Below, in pieces: positions 49,712 to 59,744 of a DNA stretch of 64,000 nucleotides. A program made the position numbers and the translations under genes. The stretch lies in NCBI GenBank assembly GCA_043788365.1, contig JAYVTZ010000002.1, positions 124,032 to 188,031 on the forward strand. Reading direction: 5' to 3'. Each line of letters begins with the position of its first letter. The first letter of the stretch is position 1. Source of the stretch: Burkholderiaceae bacterium. Its GTDB lineage: Bacteria; Patescibacteriota; Saccharimonadia; Saccharimonadales; AQU-01. Under the pieces are notes generated by a model. It searched no databases, was not told the DNA's origin, and worked only from the letters and a program-made list of their open reading frames with translations.

Positions 49712-50646
49712 TATCGTTTCCTCCGCTTATTGTTACCCTTGCCCTTTGACGTTGGTTTGGTGTTTTTTGGTTTTGGAGGAATAACTTCGCCTTCGATAAT
49801 TGTTTTGGTCGCCGATTTGTCGGCCGCATCTTCCATTTCTTCAACATCCGACCCAAGAACTTTGGCTTGTTGAACATAAGCAGTTAGTCCACTAACTAAC
49901 CAATAAAGCGACAATGCAGATGGGATTTTAACAGTTACTAAGAAGATAAAACCTGGGATAAGAAATTTCGTGCTCCTACCTACAGCAGCGTTCACTTCCC
50001 CTTGGTCGGCCTGTTTGCCGGTATTTGCATCTTTTAGGATTGTGCGAAGCGATCGACTGTCTTTGTCGCTAGGCATTAACTGCTTGCTCTGGAAGTATTG
50101 CATTACTGCGCTACCGAGTACAATTACCATCGCTGGCCAGTAGACAGCACCGCTCGTTTTATCAATTGCTGCTCTAGTTAGGTCGACGACATTAAATAGT
50201 GTCCCGTCAAAACTATGAATGTTAGCCGCCAGGTGCTTAATCCAACCCAGGTGTTGTATAACTGGATATGAAAAGGATGTGATTACTTTAGGGTCAGCAA
50301 TAATACGCCGTAGCCCGCTATATAGTCCGATGAAAATTGGTAGTTGTAGAAACACTAGGCCGATGCTAGAAAATGGATTAATACCGCGTTCTTTGTACAA
50401 CTCCATCATCATGACCGATTCTTTTTGGCGGTCTCCCTTGGCGGCTAGTTTGATACGCTTGAGCTCGGGTTGTATGCCACGCATGGCTTTAGTCTGGTGT
50501 AGTTGCTTTTTAACCAGAGGCCACATTAGTAGCCGAACAAGAATTGTAAAAACTATTACCGACAAACCGAAGTTATGCCCTGGAATAAGTGCATAAATAA
50601 GCACTAACAGATTGAAAATTGGCCGAACTATCAGGGTAGTAAACAC
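49711..50646 (-). CDS. yidC: Membrane protein insertase YidC/Oxa1
   Basis: Short (311 aa) Gram-positive-type YidC with five transmembrane helices. Conserved rnpA-yidC-jag context. Confidence 0.85.
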   Translation of the reverse strand: MFTTLIVRPIFNLLVLIYALIPGHNFGLSVIVFTILVRLLMWPLVKKQLHQTKAMRGIQPELKRIKLAAKGDRQKESVMMMELYKERGINPFSSIGLVFLQLPIFIGLYSGLRRIIADPKVITSFSYPVIQHLGWIKHLAANIHSFDGTLFNVVDLTRAAIDKTSGAVYWPAMVIVLGSAVMQYFQSKQLMPSDKDSRSLRTILKDANTGKQADQGEVNAAVGRSTKFLIPGFIFLVTVKIPSALSLYWLVSGLTAYVQQAKVLGSDVEEMEDAADKSATKTIIEGEVIPPKPKNTKPTSKGKGNNKRRKR

Positions 50647-50669
50647 TGGCTGTCTCCTTAACTATGTAC

Positions 50670-51017
50670 CTATGATACCACGCCCGCCCCAGTTAATAGG
50701 TTTTTTAGGTTGTCAACTAGTTCGCTATGTGGCATGTTTGCAACTTTTTCATCAAAAACCGTGATTATAATATCGTACGGCCCGGTCATTTTGTCAGCCT
50801 CTAGGCGCACAACTTCCATGACTCGACGCCTTATGCGGTTACGGACAACTGCCGACTTACTGACTTTCTTACTAACAACAACAGCAAGCCGATAGTCTTT
50901 GCGACGCCCGTCAGGATAATACTTAATGCTGATCGCTGGTCCTCGAACCGTTTTACCCTGCCTATAGACGTAGCGCAGACTACCTAGCCCGTGGAAGCGG
51001 TGACTTTTTGAAATCAT
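50670..51017 (-). CDS. rnpA: Ribonuclease P protein component
   Basis: KSHRFHGLGSLRYVYRQG N-terminus, basic 115-aa protein, downstream of rpmH. Confidence 0.8.
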   Translation of the reverse strand: MISKSHRFHGLGSLRYVYRQGKTVRGPAISIKYYPDGRRKDYRLAVVVSKKVSKSAVVRNRIRRRVMEVVRLEADKMTGPYDIIITVFDEKVANMPHSELVDNLKNLLTGAGVVS

Positions 51018-51032
51018 ACCTTAATAGTAGCT

Positions 51033-51055
51033 AGGAAATAGGAAATAGGAAATAG
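51033..51055. repeat. Tandem heptamer (AGGAAAT)x3 between rpmH and rnpA
   Basis: Read directly from the sequence. Confidence 0.8.
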
Positions 51056-51110
51056 CTCACCTCTGTTTTCTTATGCTAGTTCCTAATTACTAGATACTGC
51101 TCTAGTGGGT

Positions 51111-51239
51111 TAAGCGGACTCGTCCTTTGAGACGGCGAGCATTTAGAACACGTTTGCCGGCTTTTGTTGCCATGCGCTTCATAAAACCGTGCTGCTTTGA
51201 GCGTTGGCGTTTTTTTGGTTGATAAGTTCTTTTCGGCAT
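51111..51239 (-). CDS. rpmH: 50S ribosomal protein L34
   Basis: Manual translation gives [45 protein letters not shown]. Not present in the ORF track because it is under 60 aa. Confidence 0.85.
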
Positions 51240-51779
51240 AAATATCCTCTGGTTAGTAATTTAATTGCTAATTAATAGCATTTGAGTCGAGTAATCATAC
51301 CTTTTTTTAACTCTTTTGGCAAGGAGTTAAGGTGTCGACCGTTAGACATTGATTATCGATGCATTTCCGCCCCTGCCAGTTGGCGGATGGCGGATTATCA
51401 TTTGGCCATTGCCTCAAGTTAAAAGCCTAAAGTCGAATGTCGAAAGCCAGAACTGGATCCCGGGTCAAGCCTGGGATGACAATGGAGTGTTTTTGATCTA
51501 GCTTTCAACTTTAGACATTTAACATTTAACTATCCCCATACGTAGATTTGACAATATTTACCCCATCAAACCAGGTTACTTGTCCACTGGTGTAATGGCT
51601 TTATCCACAATTTAATAGATGAGCTTGTTTCGTGTGTACAAGTTAGCCCCTGTAAATGAATTTTAGGCAACCGACTGTTGTAATTAGGTTTTTACATGTG
51701 GAAAACTCTGGGTTGGTTGTATATAGTTATAAATATAGAGTTTTAAAACTGTCATAACGAGAGAGGGTTTTTAGGGCTT
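51240..51779. promoter_or_regulatory. Putative chromosomal replication origin (oriC) between rpmH and dnaA
   Basis: A perfect DnaA box TTATCCACA at 51601..51609. Near-matches at 51580 (TTGTCCACT) and 51697 (TGTGGAAAA = TTTTCCACA). An AT-rich stretch at 51720..51752. Divergent rpmH|dnaA gene organisation. Confidence 0.6.
51452..51484. repeat. 33-bp hairpin-containing repeat, copy B, inside the putative oriC
   Basis: actggatcccgggtcaagcctgggatgacaatg. A 7-bp stem tcccggg/cctggga including one G-U pair, with a 5-nt loop. The loop differs between copies while the stem is conserved. Confidence 0.7.
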
Positions 51780-53138
51780 ATGAGGGATGGTTTGTGGCAA
51801 GCGGTTTTGGGAGAAATTGAGTTGACTGTTTCGCGTGCCAGCTATATTACCTGGTTTAAGAACACCGTCCTCTTACAACATAAAGATAATTGCTTGGTAA
51901 TTGGAGTACCTAATGTTTTTATCAAGCAGCAAATGGAGAAGAAGTTTAATGACTTGGTTCTTGAAACACTGAAGAAGAACGGTATTGTCCCAGAAAAAAT
52001 AGATTATAAAATCCATACTGCCAGTTCTGTGCCGAAACGCGAAGATGATGAACCTATCATTCTTAACCCTATTGAATCTCGGTCATCTCGAAACCCTACC
52101 AGCAGCCTAACTCATACTTATAGGCAAGGTTTAAATGAACGTTATACCTTTGATAACTTCGTTGTTGGCTCTGGCAATGAACTAGCTTACGCAGCATGCC
52201 AAGCTATAGCCCAAAACCCGGGTTCAAAATATAATCCATTGTTTCTATACGGTGGTGTGGGAATAGGTAAGACTCATTTGATACAAGCCGTTGGTAATGC
52301 AGTTTTGGCTAGAAATCCAAGCGCCCATGTTGTTTATATATCTACAGAACAGTTTGTCCAGGAATTCTTAGACGCAATCAGATACAAAAAGAACACTGAT
52401 TTTGCAGGCTATTATAGGGGTGCTGATGTTTTGATTGTTGACGACATGCAGTTCATCGCTGGTAAAGAAAAGACTCAGGAAGAGTTCTTCCATACATTCA
52501 ATGCCCTACACCAAGCCAACAAACAAATTATCATCAGTAGTGATAAGCCACCGAAAGATATACCAACCTTGGAAGAACGTCTAAGATCACGTTTTGCTTG
52601 GGGTATGAGTATCGATATGCAAACGCCTGACTTCGAAACGCGGTGTGCTATTATCCAAAATAAAGCCGCTAGTCACGAAATTACACTTAGTCAGCCCGTT
52701 GTTGAATACTTAGCAACTAATATCCAAACCAATATTCGTGAACTTGAAGGTGCGCTTAACCAGTTGTTGGCTTTTTGTGAAATGCGTGGCATTGAGCCCG
52801 ATTTACAGATTGCTGCCGGTTTGTTAGGTGCCGGACGTACCAGACCAAGACACGTAAGCGCTAAACAGATTGTTGAACGGACGGCAAAACATTATCAGAT
52901 TCAGATTTCAGATATCTTGGGACCTAAGCGCGATAAAGATATAGTCGTGCCAAGACAGGTAGCTATGTATATATTAAGAAGCGAACTTCATCTTAGTTTT
53001 CCAAAGATTGCGCGTGAACTTGGCCGTAAAGATCACACCACTGCCATACACTCGGTCGAGAAGATTGAGAAAGAATCGGTTTTTGATGCTGATATTAGGG
53101 CCGCTATTGCTGAGATTAAGGAGCGTCTTTATGCATAA
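51780..53138 (+). CDS. dnaA: Chromosomal replication initiator protein
   Basis: GGVGIGKTHL Walker A, VLIVDDMQF Walker B, C-terminal HTTAIHS helix-turn-helix. 452 aa. Confidence 0.95.
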   Translation: MRDGLWQAVLGEIELTVSRASYITWFKNTVLLQHKDNCLVIGVPNVFIKQQMEKKFNDLVLETLKKNGIVPEKIDYKIHTASSVPKREDDEPIILNPIESRSSRNPTSSLTHTYRQGLNERYTFDNFVVGSGNELAYAACQAIAQNPGSKYNPLFLYGGVGIGKTHLIQAVGNAVLARNPSAHVVYISTEQFVQEFLDAIRYKKNTDFAGYYRGADVLIVDDMQFIAGKEKTQEEFFHTFNALHQANKQIIISSDKPPKDIPTLEERLRSRFAWGMSIDMQTPDFETRCAIIQNKAASHEITLSQPVVEYLATNIQTNIRELEGALNQLLAFCEMRGIEPDLQIAAGLLGAGRTRPRHVSAKQIVERTAKHYQIQISDILGPKRDKDIVVPRQVAMYILRSELHLSFPKIARELGRKDHTTAIHSVEKIEKESVFDADIRAAIAEIKERLYA

Positions 53139-53142
53139 GTTA

Positions 53143-53167
53143 GGCGATGGGCGATGGGCGATGGGCG
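53143..53167. repeat. Tandem heptamer (GGCGATG)x3.5, immediately 3' of the dnaA stop codon
   Basis: Read directly from the sequence. Confidence 0.8.
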
Positions 53168-53470
53168 AAAAATCTAAAACATTGCTTGTTTTGGTTACAA
53201 AAGCTTGTGGGTGGGTTGTGTATACACCCCGGGTATTCCTGTGTTTAAGTAGCTTTGGTTGTGCTCAAGCATTAATTGCAAACATTGCTGATCGTGTACA
53301 AACCCCAAGTTTAGAACAGTTTGTGCAAGTTTTATGGGCAGGTTTCTACCCGACTTATGCACGTTTTCTCAATCTGTTAAATATGGGTTTTGGGGCTATA
53401 TACACAGGCCCTACTATAAAGACTACTAACTGTATAAATTCATTAATAATATAAAACCAGGAGAACTTAT

Positions 53471-54562
53471 ATGAAACTTCAAGTCACTCAAGAAAATTTA
53501 ACAAAAGCCCTCAATACTGTCGCGCGAGTTGCTAACGGTCGCAACACCCTACCAATACTCTCAAATGTTATTTTAAGAACGGTGGGGACTAGGTTAAGTA
53601 TCGCCGCTACCAATCTTGATATTGCCATAACTCATTATATTGGTTCAAAGGTTGCTACCGAGGGCAGTATCACCATCCCTGCCCGTTTAACACAAGACTT
53701 TGTGTCTAGTTTGCCAAGTGGTGTGATTGACCTAACCCTAGAAGATAACAAATTACACATCTCAACCGATAAATACCAATCTGTTATAAATGGTGTTTCA
53801 GCAGACGAATTCCCTATCATGCCAGCCATAACAAATGGGAAAAAATGGACCATAGACGCTAAAATTCTAAAGAAAGGTTTGCAACAAACAATCATTGCCG
53901 CCTCAAGTGACGAGTCTCGGCCAACACTTACTGGAATTTATTTACACACACACGAAGGTAGTCTTTATATGGTGGCAACTGATAGCTATCGACTAGCCGA
54001 ACGAAAACTCATCAAAGTTGATAGCGACGTCACATTACTAATCCCAGCAAACGCCATGCAGGATTTGCTCAGAATAATTGCCGACTATGAAGAAGAAGTA
54101 GAGGTTACGCACGACGATCAACAGATTTTATTTCGTGTTGGTGACGTCGAATTGGTCGCAAGACTAATTGAGGGCAAATACCCAGACTACCGCAAACTAA
54201 TCCCTAGCAAATTTACAACAACCGCAACACTAAACCGAGCAGAATTTATGAATATTACCAAAGTTTCTAGTTTGTTTGCACGCGAAAGCGCAGGGAGTAT
54301 CACTATCCATGTTGACGGTGTTAAAAAAGAGGTTAGTATCCGTTCAATCGCCTCACAACTTGGTGAAAATACTGCTTCTGCAGAGGCAAAGGTTACTGGT
54401 GAGGGTGATATTACTCTCAACTCTAAATACCTGACAGACGCCTTACATGTTATGACTGGAGATAGTGTAACTTTCAGCTTCAACGGCAAGCTCGAACCAG
54501 TTCTTGTTAAAGAAGACAAAGCGAACGACTACTCTCATGTAGTTATGCCACTAAAAAGCTGA
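53471..54562 (+). CDS. dnaN: DNA polymerase III beta sliding clamp
   Basis: MKLQVTQENLTKAL...PIL N-terminus, 363 aa, follows dnaA. Confidence 0.9.
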   Translation: MKLQVTQENLTKALNTVARVANGRNTLPILSNVILRTVGTRLSIAATNLDIAITHYIGSKVATEGSITIPARLTQDFVSSLPSGVIDLTLEDNKLHISTDKYQSVINGVSADEFPIMPAITNGKKWTIDAKILKKGLQQTIIAASSDESRPTLTGIYLHTHEGSLYMVATDSYRLAERKLIKVDSDVTLLIPANAMQDLLRIIADYEEEVEVTHDDQQILFRVGDVELVARLIEGKYPDYRKLIPSKFTTTATLNRAEFMNITKVSSLFARESAGSITIHVDGVKKEVSIRSIASQLGENTASAEAKVTGEGDITLNSKYLTDALHVMTGDSVTFSFNGKLEPVLVKEDKANDYSHVVMPLKS

Positions 54563-54654
54563 AAGCTTTTTAGCAACTAGGAATTAGTAAATAGCCAGAC
54601 AAGAAACATTAATAAATAGTGAATTAGTAGGTGGCTTTGTTCATTGTTTAGTTA

Positions 54655-55053
54655 TTGCGGTTTAAAATAGACTCCATGACAGATAGTATAAAATCATTCA
54701 CCCAACTGGTCGCTTGGAGAAAAAGCCATCAACTAGTTCTCTCGACTCTTAGAAGATGTGAAGACTTACCTAGCTACAACTTCTTGCGTAAACAAATTGA
54801 GCGTTCAGTACTTTCGATTACTTCAAATATTGCTGAAGGTTTTGGCCGAGAGTCGATTAACGACAAAAAGCATTTTTACGTTGTTGCCAGAGGTTCGGCT
54901 TTTGAAGTCCAGAACCAACTGTTAGTGGCAAGAGATGCTAAACTGTTAAAAGAAGCAGAGTTTCAAGAACTAGCAGAACTTTCTCTAGACTCTTTACGCC
55001 TACTTCACGGGCTTATACGTTCACTAAATAAAGTAATAAAAGCTAACACCTAG
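54655..55053 (+). CDS. Four-helix-bundle protein (23S rRNA intervening-sequence protein family)
   Basis: 132-aa helical protein. Motif pattern (SITSNIAEGFGR, FEVQNQLLVARD) typical of this family. Confidence 0.65.
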   Translation: MRFKIDSMTDSIKSFTQLVAWRKSHQLVLSTLRRCEDLPSYNFLRKQIERSVLSITSNIAEGFGRESINDKKHFYVVARGSAFEVQNQLLVARDAKLLKEAEFQELAELSLDSLRLLHGLIRSLNKVIKANT

Positions 55054-55076
55054 TTACTATTTACTAATTACTGACA

Positions 55077-56150
55077 ATGATAGATAATATTCGGTTGCAA
55101 AACTTTCGGTCGTATTCAGACGATACTTTTGAGTTTGGGCCAGGTGTTAATATCATTGTCGGCCCAAATGCCAGTGGCAAAACCAACCTACTAGAATCTC
55201 TATTAACCGTCTCGCTCGGTAATTCATACCGCTCATCAACAAAAGGACTAATTAAGTTCGATAAGCCGTGGGCCAGACTTGAGGCGGGTACTGACCAAGG
55301 TCAAAGAATTGTTAAGCTCGAAACGGGAGACACAAACATTCGGCGGAGTTACGAAATTCAAGACCAAAAGTATAGTCGCCTACCACTTAATAAAACCATC
55401 CCACTAGTGCTGTTTGAGCCCGAACACCTTAGATTACTTAGCGGATCGCCCGAGCGAAGGCGCCAATATCTAGACGACCTGCTAGAACAAACAACACCTG
55501 GCTATAGTAAGCTTCGCAAAACCTACTCCAGAGCCTTAGCACAAAGGAATGCCCTGCTTAAAAAGGGTTCACATGAGGCCGAAAAACAACTTTTTGTGTG
55601 GAATATTCGTCTCAGTGAGGTTGGCGGCCAGATTGCCATCGAACGCCAAAAACTATGCAATCAAATTGCTGAGCAAATTAACCCTATATACACCAAACTA
55701 TCTAGTCAAAAGCCAAAAATTAGCCTAATTTACGACGCCAGCTGCACGATTGATAACTACAGCAACCACATGCTTAAACAGCTTGAAAAACACACGGAGT
55801 TAGATTTCCGACGAGGTTTTACCGCTCACGGCCCACATCGTGATGACATGCTGGTATTAATGGATGGTAGGAACGACCAGGACGTCGCCTCACGTGGTGA
55901 AATCCGTACCCTGCTACTCTGTTTGAAAATTGTTGAGCTACGAATTCTAGAGTCTCTACGTGGCCAAAAACCCTTACTCCTGCTAGACGACGTGTTTAGT
56001 GAACTAGACGGCAAACGTCGACAAGCCCTAACAAAATTCCTAAAAAACCATCAAACCTTTATAACCACTACTGACGCGGACGTTGTCGTCCAGCACTTCA
56101 TGAACGACTGCACCATCATCCCAACCAGCAAAAACACTAGCGTGGTATAG
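55077..56150 (+). CDS. recF: DNA replication and repair protein RecF
   Basis: IVGPNASGKTNLLE Walker A, LLLLDDVFSELD Walker B / SMC-like signature. 357 aa. Confidence 0.9.
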   Translation: MIDNIRLQNFRSYSDDTFEFGPGVNIIVGPNASGKTNLLESLLTVSLGNSYRSSTKGLIKFDKPWARLEAGTDQGQRIVKLETGDTNIRRSYEIQDQKYSRLPLNKTIPLVLFEPEHLRLLSGSPERRRQYLDDLLEQTTPGYSKLRKTYSRALAQRNALLKKGSHEAEKQLFVWNIRLSEVGGQIAIERQKLCNQIAEQINPIYTKLSSQKPKISLIYDASCTIDNYSNHMLKQLEKHTELDFRRGFTAHGPHRDDMLVLMDGRNDQDVASRGEIRTLLLCLKIVELRILESLRGQKPLLLLDDVFSELDGKRRQALTKFLKNHQTFITTTDADVVVQHFMNDCTIIPTSKNTSVV

Positions 56151-57756
56151 GAATAATGTCGTATGACTTTGTGTCTACACCAAGTTCAACAATTCTTTTA
56201 TTTACCACACCAAGTGATTGTTTTTGCTTAACTGGATCAAACACGAAACTCCTGAGATTTTCGTCATAAATTTCTTCACCTGTGTTTAGGTTAATGAAAA
56301 CCTTGTTTTTATAAACAGATATATTTTTTACTTGAGGCATGCCTAATATTTCATCTACAACTAGGTCGATTTTTCCAGTTACGTCTTTTTGACGATCTAT
56401 TAGCAACATTCCAGAATTAGACCTGCTGTCACTTAAACACACTATGTAATTAGCGCCCTCGTCATACAAGCCGCAATACCTACTTAAATTAAACCCTAAT
56501 TCAATGAAGCCGCTCCTTGAGTCGGCATCATAACTAAACACCCCACCATCTCTAACTAGCAACAAACCACTACCTATGCTTTTCATATCAGTTGTCCTAG
56601 TCACCATATATATTTTTTTAGCCGTCTTACCCGCTATGTCGTAAACCACGAGGTTTTTATTAGGCGTATTATCGAGTAAGCAGAGTTTATTTGTTCCACA
56701 AAGAGCAAAAGAGTTAAAGTAAGAGCCAAAACTGTATTCGTAAGTCGCTCCATTACGAAAAATCACTATTCTGGTTGACGGCCTTACGCCAATGTTCTTA
56801 TTCTGCCTAGCGGCGGCTTTGTCTCCACTATCAGAGTAACCATTAATTTCTATTTGGTCGTTCTGTGAGGAGCTATTAGAATACGCAATCATAAATGATT
56901 GACCTACAGAACTAGCGCCTACAACCCTCAGGCTAGCGTTATTCAAGCTTGGCGAGTCAATTTTTACAGGCTTTTTATCAATCTTTTGGTAATAGTACAA
57001 GCTAGCCCCATTCGACTCATAAGCCATAAACCCATCTTGATAAGCCACGAACGAATAGGCGCGACCTTTTTCCAAGTCTACGAGATCAGTCTTAGGCGCA
57101 GCATCAAGATCAAAACCACCTGAAATATTATAAGCAACATAACTATAGTTTTCGCCAGCCTCTGAAGTGGGCTGTTTGCCAAACAAGAACACTCCTTCTT
57201 TGGTATGAATCGACCCCATGATTTGTCCGGCTGTGGTTCCAACATTTTGGTTGTAGGTAGGCGTGTCGTTCGTAGCGGGAACATGAGTCGTTATAGTGGT
57301 TACAGGAACACAAGCATATGAATATAAAACAGCGTTAGCATATACAGCACAACCTTCGGGATTGTAGCCCACATACTCCCTGTTTTTCTCTGAGCTAAAT
57401 TCTGCCGTAACCCTTGTGTTTTTAAAGAATCCACTGACTTCGAAGGCACTAAAATTACTTTTACCCGAGCTCTTAGCTAGAAATATATAACTACCTCTTT
57501 TGAGCAGCTTAGTTATAGACTTACTATTTGTGTTTGAAAATTTTTTACTTGAGGATACGGCGCTAGACTCTAATTGATAAGTAGTTAGGGCGTTAGTATC
57601 TAAGTTGATTGTTACTCTTCCATAACTAGACAGGAAATATACAAAAATGACAGACATACCTAGAATTACTATTTGTAGTTGGTGACGGAACAATTTATTG
57701 ATCATGGTTTCTCCAGTGTACTTGCTCATTAATTTCCATTTACTGACCAGTGCCAA
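56137..57756 (-). CDS. Membrane-anchored secreted hypothetical protein, last gene of the T4SS-like cluster
   Basis: N-terminal transmembrane helix (IVILGMSVIFVYFL). 539 aa, no recognised domain. Overlaps the upstream hydrolase gene. Confidence 0.45.
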   Translation of the reverse strand: MALVSKWKLMSKYTGETMINKLFRHQLQIVILGMSVIFVYFLSSYGRVTINLDTNALTTYQLESSAVSSSKKFSNTNSKSITKLLKRGSYIFLAKSSGKSNFSAFEVSGFFKNTRVTAEFSSEKNREYVGYNPEGCAVYANAVLYSYACVPVTTITTHVPATNDTPTYNQNVGTTAGQIMGSIHTKEGVFLFGKQPTSEAGENYSYVAYNISGGFDLDAAPKTDLVDLEKGRAYSFVAYQDGFMAYESNGASLYYYQKIDKKPVKIDSPSLNNASLRVVGASSVGQSFMIAYSNSSSQNDQIEINGYSDSGDKAAARQNKNIGVRPSTRIVIFRNGATYEYSFGSYFNSFALCGTNKLCLLDNTPNKNLVVYDIAGKTAKKIYMVTRTTDMKSIGSGLLLVRDGGVFSYDADSRSGFIELGFNLSRYCGLYDEGANYIVCLSDSRSNSGMLLIDRQKDVTGKIDLVVDEILGMPQVKNISVYKNKVFINLNTGEEIYDENLRSFVFDPVKQKQSLGVVNKRIVELGVDTKSYDIIPIPR

Positions 57757-59744
57757 CCTTCATAAAAAGCACTAGCACGGTTACCTATACCTGTAGCCGG
57801 GTTATAACCATATTCAAACATGCCATACTTCTTTGAATTAGCTGCCAGCCAGTTCCAGCACGGACTTAGTTTTGCGAACGCATAAGCCTGACCGATACCA
57901 CTGCCATTACAGGCAAAGTCTATCGCTAGTCCCATGCCATGATTCGAATAACCCGGCTTGGCCATTGGCGCATAATTAGATAGACACGGCGGTCTTGCAT
58001 AGTTAGTGGTGATGGGTACGCCAGGACACCTTATTCCCCACTGTTGTAGTTGTACCGACATTGGCCTAAAGCCACTACCTGGATAACTCAGGTTTAATCC
58101 AACCGCTAAAGCATCTCTATATAGTGAATCAACATTTTTAGCAATCGAAGCATTTACCCAAACATCGTGAGTTTTGCAAATATTGACCTGAACTGGGGTG
58201 CCTCGGTCATAGGCGGTCACATTACTCTGTTGTGGTAGCCCTACTGGGCAGGGTATCTTCACGGAGCTTTGGTTAAACACGGGCCCGGCAACAACCGGAC
58301 CGGCAGGAGGAGCGACAACTCCAGTACCACCCAAACAGTTTGGATCTACACCAGCAGCAGCTGGGGCGGTTTTGGACCCAAGATCGGCCAAAATTGTCGA
58401 AGCAAATCCAAATCTTTGTGCAAGAAGAGCTATTCTGTCACCACCAGGACGTTCATATTGATTTAAGAAAATATCAGTAACCGTTCTAAGGTCGCTTGAG
58501 GCACGGATCGGGTTTAGGGTGGTTCCGATCAAAAATCTTGAATTTAATTGGTCCCAAAGAGTATCAAGTTGGAGAAGGAGGTCGCCACCTATAACCCCCC
58601 TGGAAACAGCCCCATCTCTTAATTGTTGTTTGTAGGTTGCGGCTGTAAATTGAACAATACCGTATCCTGGAACGCCAGTGCTTGGAGTGCCGTCTTTGTT
58701 ACGGTTGGGCGGTACATTATCATCCAGACTTGTTGCGGTGCCGGCTTTAGAGACTTCGTTTCTTGAATTCAAGAAACCATACTCAACCAACCTTGGTTCG
58801 AAATGTGCCTCCGCTTGCATATTTCCCATTATGCCCGCCGCTTGAACAGGTGTTAAGCCTTTAGTTAATAGATAAAAATATATCTTTTCACGATTGTCGA
58901 CCCCCGGTATACCACTGCTTGCAGTTGTGCAAATACAATTACCGAACGGCGTTGTTACTGTGCCCTTTAAGGCTTGGCTAATCATTGTCATCATAGCTGC
59001 CCTGCCTGCAGCAGTTGGATGAACATTAAGTCCATCTGCCGTGCTAATGAAACCATTAGTATCAATTAACCCATCTAGAGCCTCAGGGTTAGTTCCGGCC
59101 CCGTAAACAGTCTTAACCCACGACATCATCGTATAATGCTTAGGACCGGCTAATGAATATAGCAATTGGTTCAGCTTGTTATAACTTCCAACCTTTGTGT
59201 CGGTACCAGTTGTTGCTAAATCAATCCAGAATATCGCGGCAGAGGGAGTGTAGATTCTAATTTTGTCGATCATAGCACTGATATTTGCACCAGTTAAACC
59301 ACCAGTGTTTGTTCCAAGCTCAACAACCACGAACTTGGCAGTCCGAACAAAAGCAGCGTCTTGGTCAACCTGCCCAAGACCATCAGGAGCTGGTGGTGAT
59401 CCAGCTAATTTACGGCTATTTATGCCACTACCTTGGTAGGTCCAAGGCGCCGTACCAAACTCAGCCTGTAGTTGTGTTTGTATGGACGAGCCAATTGAGT
59501 CGCCTACAAAGTAGACTGGTCCAGGAATGGATTTCTGGGGCGTTAAACTCTCTGTCGTACATGTTGCTGTTGCCGTAGTTCCATCGTCACGGAAGTCTTG
59601 TTCCTGATACACCTTATTAAGGTCCTCTTTCGTAAAGTTAAGCAGCGCACTTGCAACCGATGATTGGAACATAAAAGCAGCCACTGTTAATATAATAAAC
59701 AGTGCTGAAAACATTTTTTTACTGAACAGCTTTAAGAATTTCAT
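57729..59744 (-). CDS. Three-domain secreted cell-wall hydrolase: SGNH esterase + phage-tail-lysozyme-like + M15 (VanY-like) peptidase
   Basis: Signal peptide. VYFVGDSIGSS (SGNH block I) and LNVHP (block V). AAGIMGNMQAEAHFEP (phage tail lysozyme-like). C-terminal SNHGMGLAIDF and EGWHW (M15 metal-binding motifs). Confidence 0.6.
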   Translation of the reverse strand: MKFLKLFSKKMFSALFIILTVAAFMFQSSVASALLNFTKEDLNKVYQEQDFRDDGTTATATCTTESLTPQKSIPGPVYFVGDSIGSSIQTQLQAEFGTAPWTYQGSGINSRKLAGSPPAPDGLGQVDQDAAFVRTAKFVVVELGTNTGGLTGANISAMIDKIRIYTPSAAIFWIDLATTGTDTKVGSYNKLNQLLYSLAGPKHYTMMSWVKTVYGAGTNPEALDGLIDTNGFISTADGLNVHPTAAGRAAMMTMISQALKGTVTTPFGNCICTTASSGIPGVDNREKIYFYLLTKGLTPVQAAGIMGNMQAEAHFEPRLVEYGFLNSRNEVSKAGTATSLDDNVPPNRNKDGTPSTGVPGYGIVQFTAATYKQQLRDGAVSRGVIGGDLLLQLDTLWDQLNSRFLIGTTLNPIRASSDLRTVTDIFLNQYERPGGDRIALLAQRFGFASTILADLGSKTAPAAAGVDPNCLGGTGVVAPPAGPVVAGPVFNQSSVKIPCPVGLPQQSNVTAYDRGTPVQVNICKTHDVWVNASIAKNVDSLYRDALAVGLNLSYPGSGFRPMSVQLQQWGIRCPGVPITTNYARPPCLSNYAPMAKPGYSNHGMGLAIDFACNGSGIGQAYAFAKLSPCWNWLAANSKKYGMFEYGYNPATGIGNRASAFYEGWHWSVNGN

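Noticed and set aside
51240-51450. Possible structured RNA in the 5' part of the rpmH-dnaA spacer (gccagttggcggatggcgg...)
   Set aside because: There is only weak local self-complementarity and no recognisable riboswitch or RNase P / 6S signature. It is treated as part of the origin and promoter region.
53008-53454. 148-aa ORF spanning the dnaA 3' end and the dnaA-dnaN spacer
   Set aside because: It overlaps the well-supported dnaA C-terminus in another frame. The spacer is more plausibly regulatory or an origin half than coding.
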